Origin: Abditibacteriaceae bacterium
Lineage (GTDB): Bacteria > Armatimonadota > Abditibacteriia > Abditibacteriales > Abditibacteriaceae
Length of the DNA stretch: 64,000 nt
Assembly (NCBI GenBank): GCA_965277285.1
Contig: OZ255721.1
Span: 2,880,001 to 2,944,000 of the forward strand
Reading direction: 5' to 3'
Position 1 is the stretch's first letter, and each line of letters opens with the position of its first letter. A program made the position numbers and the translations under genes. Shown here one piece after another: positions 61,578-64,000 of this stretch. Below the pieces are notes generated by a model that worked only from the letters and a program-made list of their open reading frames with translations, was not told the DNA's origin and did no database searches.

Positions 61578-62665
61578 AATTGCGCGGCGACCTGCAAAGC
61601 GGCGCGCACTTGTTCCGCACTCACATCGCGCACCAATTGAACTTCGCCCAGACGCGTCGGCAAAATGAAATTGACGCGGCCATCGCGAGATTTTTTATCC
61701 AGCGCCATCGCCGCCCACAACTTTTCAAAGGACGCCAGATTTTGCGTCTTCGTCGGCAAACCGATTTGTTCAAATAAACGCGTTTGTCGCTCAATTAAAC
61801 TGTCCCCATCGTCGCAAACACCCAAAATCTTTGCCAGATGTGCGGCGACGGTCATGCCAACGGCAATCGCTTCGCCGTGCAGAAATTCGCCGTAACCTGC
61901 GGTCGCTTCAATCGCGTGACCGACCGTATGGCCATAATTGAGCGTGGCGCGCACGCCGGAACTGTCGCTTTCGCGTTCATCAGTTCCCACCACTTGCGCC
62001 TTGATTTCGCAGGAACGCGCGATAATTTTTTGAATCGTTGACGGCTCCAATTTCAAAGCGTCTTCGCTGTGATTTTCGAGCCACGCGAAAAATTCCGCAT
62101 CGGCGATAACGCCATATTTCACGACTTCGGCCATGCCCGCGCGCAGTTCGCGGATGGGCAAAGTTTGCAAACATTGCGGGTCAATCAAAACGCGATCCGG
62201 CTGATGAAAGGCACCGATGAGGTTTTTGGCGCGCGGATGATTGACGCCGGTTTTGCCGCCGACGCTCGAATCGACCATCGCCAGTAGCGTCGTTGGAACT
62301 TGGACAAAGCGCACGCCGCGCATCCACGTCGCGGCCACGAAACCCGCCCAATCACCGACCACGCCGCCGCCGACCGCGACAATCGCCCCGCTGCGACCAA
62401 ATCCGAATTCGGCCAGAGCGTCGTAAGCCCGACTCGTCCAATCGAGGTTTTTGGCGCCTTCGCCTTCAGGCGCATTGAATTCGAGTACTCGATGTCCCGC
62501 CGCGCGCAGTTTTTCCGCCAAAGGTGTGGCATACAACGGCGCCACAGTTTCGTTCGACAAAACTGCGATTTCCTGCGGCAAAAAATCGGTCGAAAACGAA
62601 TTGAGCAAGCCGTTTTCGACTACGATGTCGTAAGAACGTTCGCGCAGGGGAACAGTGATTTTCAT
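61574..62665 (-). CDS. aroB: 3-dehydroquinate synthase
   Basis: GGGVVGD, VPTTLLAMVDSSVGGKTGVN, KNLIGAFHQP, LNYGHTVGHAIE; ATG 62665. Confidence 0.96.
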   Translation of the reverse strand: MKITVPLRERSYDIVVENGLLNSFSTDFLPQEIAVLSNETVAPLYATPLAEKLRAAGHRVLEFNAPEGEGAKNLDWTSRAYDALAEFGFGRSGAIVAVGGGVVGDWAGFVAATWMRGVRFVQVPTTLLAMVDSSVGGKTGVNHPRAKNLIGAFHQPDRVLIDPQCLQTLPIRELRAGMAEVVKYGVIADAEFFAWLENHSEDALKLEPSTIQKIIARSCEIKAQVVGTDERESDSSGVRATLNYGHTVGHAIEATAGYGEFLHGEAIAVGMTVAAHLAKILGVCDDGDSLIERQTRLFEQIGLPTKTQNLASFEKLWAAMALDKKSRDGRVNFILPTRLGEVQLVRDVSAEQVRAALQVAAQL

Positions 62666-62724
62666 AGAGTCTTGAGTTCTCAGTTTTGAGTTGACTGCAG
62701 CTAACTTAAAACTCAGAATTGCTT

Positions 62725-63231
62725 GAAGAGCGTGGCCTGTAAGCCGGATTCTGTCAGCGTCATCGCCTTGCGACGTGTAACGCCGATGGTCATTTCTCTG
62801 CCGCAAACGTTGCCGTTTGCGTGACTGTTCCGTTTCCAGAAACAGCAGCAGCCAACCCGAAAGCTCGTCGAGCCGAGTTTGTCGAAGATTTCTCTTCGCG
62901 TTGCGCTTTCTGCTTGGCCTTGCACCGGACGGGGGTTGCCTCAGCCGCCGCGTCGCCGCGACGCTGGTGCGCTTTTACATTAAGCCGTCGGCTTTCGCCT
63001 GTGGCCGCACCGTTTCACCAGTTCAGTGGTCAGTGAGTTATGGTTAGTGGGTAGTTTCCTAATCACTAACTACAACTCACTGACCACTGTTGTATCGTTT
63101 CTGTGGCCCTGTCCCGACGAACGCATCGCTGCGCGCGTGGTCGCCGTTAGCGACCGTCCTGCTCTTTGGTGTCCGGACTTTCCTCACCGCTTCGTGCGAC
63201 AAAACGGCACGACCATCCAGCCACGCTCTTC
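62725..63231 (-). ncRNA. rnpB: RNase P RNA, type A, unusually long (~507 nt)
   Basis: Minus strand: P1 GAAGAGCGTGGC...GCCACGCTCTTC, GAGGAAAGTCCGGAC, GGGCCACAGAAAC, GGTGAAACGG, GGTGCAAGGC, GACAGAATCCGGCTTA; TATAAT at 63238-63243. Confidence 0.96.
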
Positions 63232-63280
63232 CCTTCAATTATAACTGTCTGACGCTCCTCCTCATATGACAGACAAAGAC

Positions 63281-63315
63281 AAACCGCAGCGTTTCTTTTG
63301 AAGGAAACGCTGCGG
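63281..63315 (-). terminator. Probable intrinsic terminator upstream of rnpB
   Basis: CCGCAGCGTTTC/GAAACGCTGCGG stem followed by TTTGTCTTT on the minus strand. Confidence 0.6.
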
Positions 63316-63345
63316 CTATCGAGTACTCGATACGTGGTTTTCGCC

Positions 63346-64000
63346 TTACCGTTGAATCGAAATATCGGGCGTCATCGGCAGATAAAGCGTGTTGCCTGCG
63401 GGCAAAGGTACTGGCGCCTTATAATTGATGGTTTGCCACGTCACAGCGTTGCTGGGGCCATTGAACGGGTAGGCTGCGGCATCGAGCCAGGCGCCTTGCA
63501 CGCCGGGGCCGACATTTTGCGCCATCGCCGCTGTCAACATCGACTGGTCTGGCGTTTGTTCCGCGTCGTAGTCGCTCGTGGCGGGCGGCGCGAAGTTTTC
63601 GGCGATGCTGGCTTGCACTATGAACTTATAGTTCAGGCGGCGATGACTGGTCGCTTCGTCAATGCTTGTCGCGTCCAAGACTTGATAAGCGGGCGTCGGA
63701 ATCACGAACCACGAGCCGTCTTGCGCATAGATTGTCGCCTGCACGTTGATATTAATCGGATCCGCTTCCACAGTTGCGAGATCAGCGCGGTCGAGTTTGT
63801 AGCTTTGCAAAAAGTAAGCGGGCAAGACATCGAGGCCATTATCGGGTGCCAAGTCGCGCCGGAAAGCAGCCACGTTGCTGTTGTTGCCACTGGATGTCAG
63901 CGTCAAGTTGCTGCCGAAGAACACCGCCGAGCGAACGTTGGTGTTCTGATAAAACGTGTCGGCTGTCGTTTCAGTATATTGCTCGTTGTTGGGCAAAGTG
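63346..64000 (-). CDS. 3' end of a large hypothetical (probably extracellular) protein
   Basis: Open frame to the window edge; Thr/Asn/Ala-rich composition. Confidence 0.7.
   Translation of the reverse strand, partial: TLPNNEQYTETTADTFYQNTNVRSAVFFGSNLTLTSSGNNSNVAAFRRDLAPDNGLDVLPAYFLQSYKLDRADLATVEADPININVQATIYAQDGSWFVIPTPAYQVLDATSIDEATSHRRLNYKFIVQASIAENFAPPATSDYDAEQTPDQSMLTAAMAQNVGPGVQGAWLDAAAYPFNGPSNAVTWQTINYKAPVPLPAGNTLYLPMTPDISIQR

Noticed and set aside
62666..62806. Extended aroB N-terminus from the ORF track
   Set aside because: Runs through repeats into the 3' end of rnpB; homology begins at ATG 62665.

Overview
Bacterial chromosomal window, roughly 55% GC by eye. It looks like a diderm Terrabacterium (Armatimonadota/Abditibacteriota-like); this is inferred from gene content only. 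From start to end it carries: the end of a surface-polysaccharide export locus (wza, wzc, GT4, wzm, wzt); a CIRCE-controlled groES-groEL operon; a fused restriction-modification gene whose specificity domain is pseudogenised; nagB; a GH15/phosphorylase-kinase-like gene; an IS5-family element; a ~10 kb co-directional cluster (SBP-OmpA fusion, ABC permease and ATPase, second SBP, two coiled-coil proteins, PspA/ESCRT-III-like protein, classical AAA+ ATPase, SseB-like protein); gdh; a CLC-F fluoride exporter cluster; rsmD and recG; a HAS-barrel/SMI1-KNR4/HerA trio; csp; a stand-alone C-terminal half of carB; two small cbiX genes; two response regulators with zinc ribbons; ubiA; aroB; and an unusually long RNase P RNA. 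The most striking signal is not a gene. The palindrome (W)TCGAGTACTCGA(W) recurs through the whole window: about 49 exact CGAGTACTCG cores by manual count, about 40 of them full 12-mers. It occurs both between genes and inside coding sequence, with conspicuously even spacing, like a HIP1-type highly iterated palindrome. Intergenic regions also hold several families of REP-like inverted repeats, often nested inside one another. All counts are manual and no database searches were run.
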